This document shows positions 29,935 through 40,165 of a stretch of DNA of 64,000 nt, piece by piece. The translations under genes and the position numbers were made by a program. The notes beneath the pieces are model-generated. The model was given only the letters and a program-made list of their open reading frames with translations. It ran no database searches and was not told the origin of the DNA. The DNA is from Candidatus Moanibacter sp. (GTDB taxonomy: Bacteria > Verrucomicrobiota > Verrucomicrobiia > Opitutales > UBA2987): the NCBI GenBank assembly GCA_965215885.1, contig CBDCEW010000091.1, positions 32,001 through 96,000 of the forward strand, written 5' to 3'. Positions within the stretch are counted from its first letter, which is position 1; every line of letters starts with the position of its first letter.

Positions 29935-31935
29935 TCAACTATGGGCGGAAACGCTATACAGAATTGCGCAAGCACGGCCCCTCGTGCAAGGCTGGGTGCC
30001 GTCGCCGGCCCGATCGAACGCGGTTTCACAGGCCTCGCCGAATTCCCCGTAGGGAGCGAACGCCGTCCTCGCGATGGTCCGAAACTGATCCAAAGTAAGC
30101 GTTTCTACGGGATCATCCGACTTGCTGCGCCGGTAAACCTGCGCGTTTTCCGGTTGCTGCCCGCCGCCGGCTATGAGCGCCGCGGTCGTTTTCGCCCATT
30201 GGCTGGCAGTGTCCGCGTTTAAGGGCGCTTCCGGTCGAGCGTTGTAGCCGTGAAAGAATCCTTTCGTTCCGAAATACTGCACCGCCGAAACCCAATCCTC
30301 GCGACAAGCCATATCAAAGTCGTTAAAGAAAGAGATCATGATTCCATTCTCGACAAGCTTGCGTTGAAGTTCGTCGCACTTCAGTTCAGCGGGCGGGCAT
30401 TTCCTGGCCGAGGCCAGGGCGGCGGCGTAACCGGCGGACTCGCCCACGTGCATCATGACCGGCTCTACACGCAGTGTTCCCCAACCGACATGGCTCGAAG
30501 AGAGGCAGCCGGTGACTATCAGATTATCGATCTCCTTCGGAAGCAGTGTCCTGAATGGGATCTGTGACGGACGGGTAAGCTCAGAAAGTAGAATCTTCCC
30601 GTCGCGGCGACTCCCCGGTCGCGCTTCAAAGCTGACGGAATGCGAATCCATCGGGTGTTCGGCAATGGCGATGCTGTCGTGGTGGATGGGCGCGCGTTTC
30701 AAGCCTGGCGCGAGGGTGGCGTCGTGCTCCGTGAATACGTATCTGCCGACAATGCGGCGCGCTTCGCGCACATACAATTCATAGGGGACGTTCTCGTTAT
30801 CGGCGAACTCGTCTTTCGCCAGACCCCACTGCTGCGCTTCTTCGCGAAGCGCTTCTGGAACCGCTTCGTCGTGCTGCAGAAAGTAGAGAAATCCCAATGC
30901 GTGATCTCGATGCCGCTTCAGGATCGCTTTTCTCGTCTCCCAATCACCGTCGGGATAGTCGTCCGCGCCACCTGGAAGATTGGCGGCATTCCATTTCATT
31001 TTTCCGTTGGCCAATCGAGTGCCGAGACCCCACCGGTTTCGCATTTTGAGAAAGACTTCGCGGTCATATTCGTCGGGCTTTGCCGGGAGGACACGGTTGT
31101 CCGGATGAGAACAGAGACATATGCGCAGGTTGTAAGCCTGAACCTTGCTGTCGCCTGTCCCCGTACTGCCGGCGAAGACTTCACCGGTGCATCCGTCGTA
31201 AGGGACCAGGTTCAGCTGACCCTCCACGGCTTCACGTGGATAACCTCCTTGGCCTATGCGTGAGAATTGTAGCGAAGTGAAAATCTTACCAGCGTGAAAC
31301 TCGCCATATTCGCCGCGGCTTTCCCGACCCACACGGTACGGTATCCCTGCCGCCGCCGCAACGTCCCCCTCGTAGGTGGCATCTACGAATAACGGTCCGG
31401 AGACATTCAAGTCGGGCCTGCCATCAAAGTAACGGAAGATGACGGCGTCGATTGCCCGGCCACATCGTATAACGGAAAGGGGGTAGCACCCTCGCTCGAT
31501 TGAAATGAGGCTTTCCGCCTCGACGATTCGGCGGATTGCTGCTTCTCCGACATGCGGTTCGTAGTGGAGCCGCCCGTAGTAGCCTTTTGAGGTATCCTCA
31601 ACAGGGCGGTCTTCTTCTAGAACCGTTGTCGCCTTTTGATCGATCCAGTACTGCGACGGTGCTCGCGTCAGACACGATCGGTATTCATCGGAGTCCTCGC
31701 CATATTTCTTTCGGTAGTGATTAAGCACCCCTTCACAGAACTCACTCAGGACATTGCATCTCCGCCCGGTGAACTGCGTATCCAGGGTACTGAGACCGCT
31801 ACTGAGGATGCCGCCAATATGGTCGTGATAGTGAGTCAGAAGGACCTGTAATCCTTCACGGGCTGCCCGCACCGAGCAAGCAATGCCGCCCGGAGTAGCT
31901 CCCACCACAATGAGGTCGAACTCTTTCCTTTTCAC
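29935..31935 (-). CDS. FAD-dependent oxidoreductase
   Basis: VVGATPGG, DATYEGD, VQAYNLR, YVREARR and HVGWGTLRVEP. Confidence 0.9.
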   Translation of the reverse strand: MKRKEFDLIVVGATPGGIACSVRAAREGLQVLLTHYHDHIGGILSSGLSTLDTQFTGRRCNVLSEFCEGVLNHYRKKYGEDSDEYRSCLTRAPSQYWIDQKATTVLEEDRPVEDTSKGYYGRLHYEPHVGEAAIRRIVEAESLISIERGCYPLSVIRCGRAIDAVIFRYFDGRPDLNVSGPLFVDATYEGDVAAAAGIPYRVGRESRGEYGEFHAGKIFTSLQFSRIGQGGYPREAVEGQLNLVPYDGCTGEVFAGSTGTGDSKVQAYNLRICLCSHPDNRVLPAKPDEYDREVFLKMRNRWGLGTRLANGKMKWNAANLPGGADDYPDGDWETRKAILKRHRDHALGFLYFLQHDEAVPEALREEAQQWGLAKDEFADNENVPYELYVREARRIVGRYVFTEHDATLAPGLKRAPIHHDSIAIAEHPMDSHSVSFEARPGSRRDGKILLSELTRPSQIPFRTLLPKEIDNLIVTGCLSSSHVGWGTLRVEPVMMHVGESAGYAAALASARKCPPAELKCDELQRKLVENGIMISFFNDFDMACREDWVSAVQYFGTKGFFHGYNARPEAPLNADTASQWAKTTAALIAGGGQQPENAQVYRRSKSDDPVETLTLDQFRTIARTAFAPYGEFGEACETAFDRAGDGTQPCTRGRACAILYSVSAHS

Positions 31936-32115
31936 GGATTGGTCGTTAATCCGTCATTCACGATTGGTTGAAGGGAAGGAGAATTCACTGGACCTTATTG
32001 AAGGGTGACCGGAGAAGGAAGCTTGAAGAGAAAATCTGCCGATTTTGATCATCCTTTGAGTGGCAGTGTGATTATGCCGCCAAGACTTCAAGCGAGGCCG
32101 GAGGCCTCGCTGATT

Positions 32116-32212
32116 AGGAATCTGTCGGTGCAAGCTCGACCGGGAAGTAGCCTCGTCACCTCAGATTCCGAACGTCAGCAGTGTAACGAAAATCCAACGC
32201 CGACAGATTCCT
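32116..32212. mobile_element. Putative 97-bp MITE
   Basis: Perfect 13-bp terminal inverted repeats AGGAATCTGTCGG / CCGACAGATTCCT, with no ORF. Confidence 0.55.
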
Positions 32213-32213
32213 C

Positions 32214-34577
32214 CTAGAAGAAGTAGCTGAACTTTACGCGATAGCGGATTCCCGGGCCCGGGCGCATGAATTCGGTGCTGACGGACTCACGCACATACTC
32301 TTCATCGGAGGCGTTTTCAATTGTACCGTGAATGCGCCAGTGCTCGCGACTGTAGGAAAAGAAGAAGCCCAGGAGGTCATAGCCGGGAAGCCGAAAAGTA
32401 TCGCCCGCATCTCCGCCTCTCAGGCCATCGATATTTTCATAATTGAAGCCCGCTGAGAATCCATTGAGGGGTCCATCGAGAAAACTGTACTTTGCAATCG
32501 CTTTGAAAGAACCACCCTGTGGCACGCCTCGTTGACCGATTCCTTGGGGATTGCCCAAACTCTTGGCCAGCGACTCGATATCTTGGAAGGCGAAGAGAAA
32601 ACTGAGATTGTCGATTGGCTGAATAGCGATGTCGAGGTCCACCCCTTTGGTCGTGTTATCCGGAACAAAGGTTGTGATGATGTCGCCGTCATCCGTAATC
32701 TGAATGACGGGGCGATTCTGGAGCAGCATGTCGTAATAAGCTACGGTGGAGACGACTCTCCCCCCGAAGAGGCCGAATTTAACGCCTACTTCGTCGCTTT
32801 CACCGGTCAGTGAAGGAATGATCAGGTCTGCCAGGGTGCGGCCTCCCCCCGGTATGAAGGTCTCGCCGTGATTATAATAGATCGAAACTCCCTCGACCGG
32901 CTTGACGACAACGCCGTAATTGTAAGTCCAGTCGCGGCTCTCCACTTCCGGGCTGGCCGATCCCCGGCCGCTTGGCCATTTGGTTGCCGGGATTCCGTCG
33001 GCGTCGGCTCCGTCGACGATGCAGCTTCTACCTACCGCTTCGCAGTGATTGAAGACGTTGGTTTTCCCATAGTTGTAGCGTGTTCCAATAACGACATTAA
33101 CGCGATTGTCCAGAAAGCTCACATTATCCTGGATGGCCCAGTGAAACCCTTCGCTGTCGGTCGTTCTCCACTCTCCGTTGCGGGTTTGCGGAGCGGAAGT
33201 GAGCACCTCCGAGGGCGGTCGGGAAATCATATCAAAGATACTGCGGTCTTCCAGGTCCCAGTTCTGCCGCGTGCGAAAGATGTTGTTCTCGCCCTGTGTG
33301 TAGCCGGTATAAGTGATAAAATTGTGAGTTATCCCTCCCGTTTCAAATTCGGAAGCCAGATCGAGGGTGAAACTCTGATTATCGATCTCGTCAAAACGGA
33401 GATCCCTGCGCAGGCTACGCATAACGATGTCGTCAAATCCCGCCGCCCTCGCTTCGGCGAAGGTCGTGACACGCCGGGAGTAAAGACAGTTGCTTGCGCT
33501 TGGCGGGTTACAAGCGGACCCCGCCGGATCGAGTTGCAGGCCGACACCCCCTCTGAAGAAATAGCCACCGAAACCTAACCAGACCCGCCTCAACGATTTG
33601 CGCTCGCTGTGCCGGGCGAGGAAACGGGAATTCCAGTCGGTACCGAAGAGATTAAACTGCTGGCGCCATCCCGCCTCGATACTCCACACGTCCTGGCCGC
33701 CCTCGTCGTGCCCCGGATTGCTGTTGTTGTTGTCTACCGGGATAATACCGAAGGGAGGCGTGCCGTCGGCGTCCGCGAACCACGGATTGACCGCGGAAGC
33801 CTCCGTGGTTTCCTGATAGACGAAACGAGCCCAGACGCTGGTCTTTTCGTTGAAATTATAGGTGAACATAGGCGCCACGACCCAGCGGTCATCAGCCCCG
33901 CCGGTCCAGATCTCACTGTCTTGATAGGCTCCGACAACTCGATAGAGAAGCTTGTTGTCCGGGCCAAGCGGCCCCGTCGAATCATACTCGGCTCGAATCC
34001 GGTTGTCGGTCCCGAACTCAATTCCCACTTCCGTCCGTGCCACTGAACTCGGCTTTTTCCCGATTCGATTAATCAGTCCGCCCAATGAATGGGAGCCGTA
34101 GAGTACGCCGTTCGGCCCCTTGATCACTTCAAGACGTTCGGTTAAGATTGGGTCCTCCTTATTCCCTTGAAATCCGCTTTGCGGATCAGCGATACCGTCT
34201 CTGAAGCCAAATATATTCGCTACAATTCCGCGCACCGAAATTCCCGAAGTGACATTGGTGACACCGCTGGCAAAGCGCAGGGCATCTTCCAACTCACGAG
34301 GATTTATATCCTTAATGACCTCTTTATTCAGCGAAATCACGGAAATCGGTACGTCCGCCAGGGCAGAATTGATGCGCGTGCCGCCAACCGTATGCGTGGC
34401 GCCGTAACCGCGATCACCTTCCTCGTTCACCGTAAACGGATCGAGCTCTATCAGTTCGCCTTCCTCTTCGGATTTCGCCTCTTCCGTCTGTGCCGAAAGG
34501 GAGAGCGGAAGGGTGACCAGAGCGAGAATCGAGACGAAATAACGGATTTTCAGTAGTTCTTCATGTAATCGTTTCAT
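32214..34577 (-). CDS. TonB-dependent receptor
   Basis: Signal peptide, ELDPFTV TonB box, GTRIN..L.DVP, ERLEVIKGP.GVLYG plug and C-terminal Phe. Confidence 0.92.
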   Translation of the reverse strand: MKRLHEELLKIRYFVSILALVTLPLSLSAQTEEAKSEEEGELIELDPFTVNEEGDRGYGATHTVGGTRINSALADVPISVISLNKEVIKDINPRELEDALRFASGVTNVTSGISVRGIVANIFGFRDGIADPQSGFQGNKEDPILTERLEVIKGPNGVLYGSHSLGGLINRIGKKPSSVARTEVGIEFGTDNRIRAEYDSTGPLGPDNKLLYRVVGAYQDSEIWTGGADDRWVVAPMFTYNFNEKTSVWARFVYQETTEASAVNPWFADADGTPPFGIIPVDNNNSNPGHDEGGQDVWSIEAGWRQQFNLFGTDWNSRFLARHSERKSLRRVWLGFGGYFFRGGVGLQLDPAGSACNPPSASNCLYSRRVTTFAEARAAGFDDIVMRSLRRDLRFDEIDNQSFTLDLASEFETGGITHNFITYTGYTQGENNIFRTRQNWDLEDRSIFDMISRPPSEVLTSAPQTRNGEWRTTDSEGFHWAIQDNVSFLDNRVNVVIGTRYNYGKTNVFNHCEAVGRSCIVDGADADGIPATKWPSGRGSASPEVESRDWTYNYGVVVKPVEGVSIYYNHGETFIPGGGRTLADLIIPSLTGESDEVGVKFGLFGGRVVSTVAYYDMLLQNRPVIQITDDGDIITTFVPDNTTKGVDLDIAIQPIDNLSFLFAFQDIESLAKSLGNPQGIGQRGVPQGGSFKAIAKYSFLDGPLNGFSAGFNYENIDGLRGGDAGDTFRLPGYDLLGFFFSYSREHWRIHGTIENASDEEYVRESVSTEFMRPGPGIRYRVKFSYFF

Positions 34578-34704
34578 GTTTCGAGAATATCTTTGCGGTT
34601 TATGGTTAGATCTGTTGCTTCGTTGAGGTAGTTGAAGCAAAGGATGCTGGGTTAATTATCCTTGAAAAGGTAGATGTTAAGGCTGCGACTACAATGGGAA
34701 GAGT

Positions 34705-34725
34705 CTGGTATACTTTAAGTACCAG
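34705..34725. promoter_or_regulatory. Candidate GntR-type operator upstream of the TonB receptor
   Basis: CTGGTA-N9-TACCAG inverted repeat, with a further CTGGTAC at ~34748. Confidence 0.35.
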
Positions 34726-34783
34726 CAATCTAAGGCATGACGCTAAACTGGTACAAGCAGAGTCCTACAGGTGCCGATAACGC

Positions 34784-35882
34784 TCAGACGGTAGTTACTT
34801 CACGTGGTCGAGCTAAAGACTGCCCACTCTTAATATCAGGTAAGATGAGCGTTTTACTATTACCCGAGATATCGCCGTCAATGACACCAACAACGGCCCG
34901 AAGAAGCTTTGTAGTATACGTTGCGGGATTGATGCTGTAAAAGGTCGGGACGGGAGTCAGGAACTGCAGAAACGGATCGGCGTCCCGGCAAACAAGGGAA
35001 ACATCTTCCGGAACTCTGAGTCCCAGTTGCGCGGCCCGGCTGACCAGGGTCAGGTATAATATATGATTTCGCGACGAGGATCGCCGTCGGTGGTTGAGGG
35101 GCCTTAAATATGTGGTCAATAGTGAGACAAATTTCCTGAAGCGCATTGCCATGCCGAAGGACAGGTGCAATAATGTCCGGTTGATGCGATAATTCCAGAC
35201 CTTCCTGAAAACCCGCCTCGCCTTCAAGATCGCCAGGGTTCGTGGTCTCAGGGTTGAGCATACAGACCCTTCGGTGGCCCCGGCTCAACATTATTCCGGC
35301 GGCATGCCGGCAGAGCGCCCGGTAGTCGATATCTACCGACGGCAATGCGATTCCCTCGTAGGTTGATCCGGCTATAACACAGGGGATTCGTCTCTCTTCA
35401 AACCATTCCTGCATCGGTCTGGTGGAATTCGGAAGGATCCAGCAAGAGGGGCTATGGTGTTTGTGGAGCGATTCAAGGGCGGGCCCAGGATCCCGTCGGA
35501 AATATTGGCTTCCGTGATAAATTCTCAGAAGAAGACCCGCTTCAAAGAGCCGCTCTCGCAACTCATCGATCCAGATTGCGGTGGTTGGGCGAACCTGCTC
35601 GATCGCTCTTGAGCTAATAAAACCGACGACGGCTTCACGGTTGGGTTCGCGCTCGACCTGCTGAGGCGTCCCGGTGATCCGGGTTCCTTTGCCGTGAACG
35701 GCTGTGAGGACACCTTCCGACTCAAGCCGGTTGAGCGCCGCCCGCAGGGTATTTCGGCTCACTCTGTAAGCTCCACAGAGAGCCCGTTCACCGGGAAGCC
35801 AATCGGTCCACAGCCCTTCGCGAATCCCGTTTCGCAGAATCGATGCCACCTGATGAACCAGACTTTGTTTGCGGGGGATCAT
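34784..35882 (-). CDS. GntR-HTH / LacI-type substrate-binding transcriptional regulator, frameshifted near 35060
   Basis: LPGERAL...VSRNTLRAAL. The C-terminus RVPEDVSLVCRD is in another frame. ATGA overlap with the upstream paralog. Confidence 0.85.
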
Positions 35883-36967
35883 GGCGGCGGTCCCAGCGAG
35901 TTGCCGGGAACGATTTCGGGAACGACCAGCGTGTGCGCTGGTTTGATCGGCTCTTCGTGAATGAGCTTTGTTATCCGTTCGACGAGCAGATCGCCATAGA
36001 CGATAGGACTTTTCTTGAAGCGGGTGGGTTCGGGCAGGAGGTACTCCAGGTAGGGCTCGCTGTCCCGGCAAACAAGAGAAACTTCCTCCGGCACGCGGAT
36101 CCGGCAAGCCATGAGATAGCTTACCGTTCGCAAATACTGATCCGACTCGTTAATAAAAATGGCGGTTGGTGGGTCTCGTCTCTTTAATACCTGTGCGAGA
36201 TTCCGGTGAAAGACATCTGCGTCATCGTGGTATTGAGCCAGACTGAGGTCGATCCCCTCGCAGTGGTGACTCTTCTGAAACGCCTCGATGCCGTGGATGA
36301 ACCCGTTTTCGGCTGCCCCCGGCGTTATCAGAAGAATCCGGCGGTGGCCCGCTTCAAGGATCAGCTCAGCCGCTTTCCGACCGAGCGCTTCGCTGTCTAC
36401 CGATACTGCCGGGAGGGTTACTCGCGGATCTCGGATTCCGGAAACCAGCGTGGGGATGCTTCGTTGTTCGAACCAGCGCTGAGCCCCGTTTGCCAATCCG
36501 CCGCACAGCAACCAGCAGGAATGCGGCGCCCTTTCGATGAGACGCTCAAGGGCTTTGTAGGGGTGCGACTTGGCATATTGCCGCCCTGAGTAGAGCTGCA
36601 TCTCGATCCCCATGTCATAGAGGAGGCTGCGCACCTCATCAATGAACAGGGAGGTAAATTGGCGGGAGCCATGCACCTCCTTCGTTACGAGCACACCTAC
36701 AGTCTTCGTTCTCGGTTCTTTGGCGGCCGCTCCCGCCGCGGAAACGATTCTATGGCCTCGTCCGTGGACCGTTTCGATCAAACCGTCGCTTGCCAACCGC
36801 CGTAAAGCGATGCGAAGCGTGTTTCGGCTTACGTGGAGCCGTTTGCTGAGCGTCCGTTCATCAGCTAGCCAGCCCCTCCATGTTCCCTCAAGGATCTCTC
36901 GCTCCAGGAGGCGGGTAACGTTTTCTGCCAACGACTGTCGACGCGGGATGAGGTCTATTGAGGGCAT
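35879..36967 (-). CDS. GntR-HTH / LacI-type substrate-binding transcriptional regulator
   Basis: ERTL..VSRNTLR, GHRRI, PPTAIF and RVPEEVSLV. Confidence 0.9.
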   Translation of the reverse strand: MPSIDLIPRRQSLAENVTRLLEREILEGTWRGWLADERTLSKRLHVSRNTLRIALRRLASDGLIETVHGRGHRIVSAAGAAAKEPRTKTVGVLVTKEVHGSRQFTSLFIDEVRSLLYDMGIEMQLYSGRQYAKSHPYKALERLIERAPHSCWLLCGGLANGAQRWFEQRSIPTLVSGIRDPRVTLPAVSVDSEALGRKAAELILEAGHRRILLITPGAAENGFIHGIEAFQKSHHCEGIDLSLAQYHDDADVFHRNLAQVLKRRDPPTAIFINESDQYLRTVSYLMACRIRVPEEVSLVCRDSEPYLEYLLPEPTRFKKSPIVYGDLLVERITKLIHEEPIKPAHTLVVPEIVPGNSLGPPP

Positions 36968-37121
36968 GTGTTGAATGAAGCTTCACTTCATAGTTCGACT
37001 AATTTGCCAAATAAGACTCTGCTGAAAAAGTCGTCGCTTCGAACACCACTTTCTGACGAAAGCGGCTACAAATATCAACGACTTACTCTGCCGTACGGCA
37101 GAGTAGCCGTCCCGCTGAGCG

Positions 37122-38727
37122 CATACGCGTAAACCTTATTTTCGCAACTTAGTCAGATTCAAAGACTTGCGAGGTATTTTGCGGCGGAGTATGAGGGTGT
37201 CTCTATCCTCGAGGTTCCACTCCATTTGTTCGCCCTTTTCTATTTGCTTCGTTTCGACCACAGCGGTGAGGAAATTCGCAGTTGAGCGAGTGCATTTTGG
37301 CCGGGTTATCTTCTCTACTTTTACCGTCTACCCCATTTTTTTTCACTTTGGCAGCATTTTATACTGTACATTCGTTCATATATAGGATTTATCCTTCGGA
37401 TGCAAAGTATAAAAAAAGCTGATTGTATCCGTCAAACCTTCCGTAAGTTGAACCTCACAGCCCTCGCTAAACAGAGTGGTTTTAGAGAGAGGAAATCGCG
37501 CAAGATCTCCCCTCTGAACTTTGTTTTGGCTTTGCTGGCGATGGCTTCTAAGGGGGCCTTGTCCCTTGGCAAAGAAGCCGAGCTTATTGGATTCTTAGCC
37601 AACCGCACCATTTCCAGACAAGCGGTCCAAAAGTGCGCCAAAAAAGCCACCGCTTTTATGACCTTAGTGCTCCTGAGGCTTTTAGAACTTAAAGCTTATG
37701 GGCCTGTGGGCAGAGCTGTTCCAAATTGCATGAGGAGCTTTGAACGGGTTCTCATTGCCGACAGCACTTCGATTGGCTTGCCTAAGGTCCTGGCCCCCTT
37801 CTTCCCCGGAGCGTCCAATCAGACAGGCTCCAAACAGGCTCAACTGAAGATTCAGGCCTATTACGATCTGCGCAATGAATCCTTCGTTGACTTCAGCCTC
37901 AGTAGCTTCCGAAAAAACGATCAGGCTGCTTCCAAAGACATTCTCGCTCTCGCTCAACCCAACGACTTGATCCTGCGCGACTTAGGCTATTTTGTCCTCG
38001 ATGTCTTTAAGCAACTCGATCAGCGCGGCTGCTTCTTTGTGAGTCGTTTGAAAACCGGCACTTGCCTTTTAGCCAACGAAGGCGATGAAGAGCTCGATCT
38101 ACGCAAACTTTTACGTGGCCAAAAGCTTCTCGATATGCCCGTTCGGGTGGGTAAAAAAGCCAAGCTTCCGGTTCGTCTGATCGCCGTCAAACTCCCTCAG
38201 AAGGTGGCCCATAAACGCCGCCGCGAGCATAGACAAAACCGCGACAATAGACTTCGATATACCAGCCGCACCAGCTTCCTTCTCGGTTTCCAAATCTTTA
38301 TTACAAACCTCCATCAGAAAGACTTTAGCCCTAAGCAGATTCTGAGCTTTTACGGGCTTCGCTGGCGCATCGAAATTTTCTTTAAGGCCTTTAAGCAACA
38401 TCTTAATCTCGGTCAGGTCAAAGAGACTACTCCCTACCAGGTTGAGCTTCTTATCTACGCCCGTCTCATCCTCATTACCCACTTACTCAACTTCGTCTAT
38501 GGTCCCCTTAGACACTATTCGAATACCAGTTTGTCCTCTCCTCTGAGTATCCTTAAATTCTCCTACTGGTTTGGCTTCTTTGCTCCCTACTTCTTCATCC
38601 TCTCTCACATTCCCAAAGATCAGATCATCCCCCGATGGCTCAAACAAATCCCCAAACACTGCACCTATGAAAAGCGTTCTCGACTTGATTTCCTCTCTTG
38701 TTTCTTCTCCTTAGGTTAACGCAAATG
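37122..38727 (+). mobile_element. IS4-family insertion sequence (CAT...ATG ends)
   Basis: Imperfect TIR CATACGCGTAAACC / (rc) CATTTGCGTTAACC, lower GC, encloses a transposase. Confidence 0.85.
37400..38719 (+). CDS. IS4-family DDE transposase
   Basis: IADST, LRDLGYF and YGLRWRIEIFFK (YREK). Confidence 0.93.
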   Translation: MQSIKKADCIRQTFRKLNLTALAKQSGFRERKSRKISPLNFVLALLAMASKGALSLGKEAELIGFLANRTISRQAVQKCAKKATAFMTLVLLRLLELKAYGPVGRAVPNCMRSFERVLIADSTSIGLPKVLAPFFPGASNQTGSKQAQLKIQAYYDLRNESFVDFSLSSFRKNDQAASKDILALAQPNDLILRDLGYFVLDVFKQLDQRGCFFVSRLKTGTCLLANEGDEELDLRKLLRGQKLLDMPVRVGKKAKLPVRLIAVKLPQKVAHKRRREHRQNRDNRLRYTSRTSFLLGFQIFITNLHQKDFSPKQILSFYGLRWRIEIFFKAFKQHLNLGQVKETTPYQVELLIYARLILITHLLNFVYGPLRHYSNTSLSSPLSILKFSYWFGFFAPYFFILSHIPKDQIIPRWLKQIPKHCTYEKRSRLDFLSCFFSLG

Positions 38728-38944
38728 CGCCCAGCGGGATCAGAACGTGGTGTTTTTTCAGCGGAATTCAAATATGCCGACTGACTGTGGACAATAGCAC
38801 AGGGTGCCCTCCAAGGAAAGGTGAAATCCGGTTTAAAAGTTGAACCAGTGAACCACTTCGAGCAGATCGGGTACTTGTGGTTCCTAAAAGGAACATTTCC
38901 ATTTTTCGTTTTCAAATTCCCGAGCGGCGGCCAGATTGTCCCTC

Positions 38945-40022
38945 ATGAAGGGCGATCACGCAATGCCGGTTGGGATCATCGGATCCGGGTTCATGGCGCG
39001 GACTTACGCGGAGTGCCTTGCGCGATATGTCGAGGGCGTCGAGCTTCGGGTTGTGGCGGGTGGGAGTCGGGCTCCAGGATTGGCCCGCGAGTACGGAATC
39101 GAGCGACTCGACAGGGCCGAGGAGGTGTTTGATAGGGAAGACATCGAGGCAGTGATCATCGCCACACCGGAGACGATTCACCCGGTGCAGGCGATTGCGG
39201 CGGCACAGGCCGGCAAGCATGTTCTTGTAGAAAAGCCCTTGGCGCCGACCCTCGAACAGTGTAACGCCGTGATTGACGCGTGCCGGAATTCGGGGGTGCG
39301 CCTGATGCAGGTTAAGCACTGTCGCTTTCGCGAAGTGCATCGGCGGGCAATCGAATTACTGCGCGAGGGAAACCTTGGGCCTGTGCGGCAGATACATAAT
39401 CGTACAATGGTGCCGGTCCAATCATCGGAAGCGGGCGTGAGAAAGAAGCCGTTTTACCTCGATCCTTCTGGCGGTGGGCTTTTCATGGGATGCTGCACCC
39501 ACAATTTCGACCTCGTCCGATGGTTGGCGGGCAGCGAGCCGAAACGGGTATTTGCTACGGTCACTTCATACGGTGACCATGCCATCCCGGAATTGACATC
39601 GATGGCGCAGATAGGCTTCGCCAATGAAGCGAAGGCTGCAGGTATGGATAACGGCGGAACTGCCGGATCCTGCGTTTGCGCAGAGCTTGTTCCGTACTGA
39701 GCTTGTTTGTGAAAACGGCGTCCTCGATCTTGACGGGGTAGGGCAGATTCAAGTCGGACAGGACGGTGAATGGCGTAGCATCTGGGAAGTAGCGAGGTTT
39801 GATCCGCAAGATCCCCTGGATCCGCGGAGCCTGGAGGGCTTCTCGGCCATGTTGCAGGAGTTCATCGACGCCAGTCGTGAAGACCGTGAACCATTAGTGA
39901 CCGGAGCGGATGGTCGGGCTGCGGTAGAACTCTGCCTGGCGGCGCGTGAGTCGGCGAAAGCAGGGGTGTGCAGTCGATTTGCCGTTGGGTGGTTAACCGA
40001 GAGCATGCGATTCACGCATTAG
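38945..40022 (+). CDS. Gfo/Idh/MocA oxidoreductase, frameshifted near 39635 (possibly again near 39965)
   Basis: GIIGSGFMA, GKHVLVEKP, GGGLF..CTHNFD. The C-terminal half is in another frame. Confidence 0.85.
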
Positions 40023-40165
40023 CGCAGAAACCGTAACTATCCCCCTCCTCAAGATCCTCCGGGCTCGCCCCGGAGAGTCTCAGGTTTTCTGGCTAAAGGG
40101 ACCGAACCTACCTTTCCTCAAGATCCTCCGGGCTTGCCCCGGAGAGTCTCAGGTTTCTTAGCTAC
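40019..40165 (-). repeat. 44-bp TAG-hairpin repeats directly downstream of the Y1 transposase
   Basis: Units at 40053-40096 and 40122-40165 (69-bp period), plus a truncated inverted unit at 40019-40044. Confidence 0.9.
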
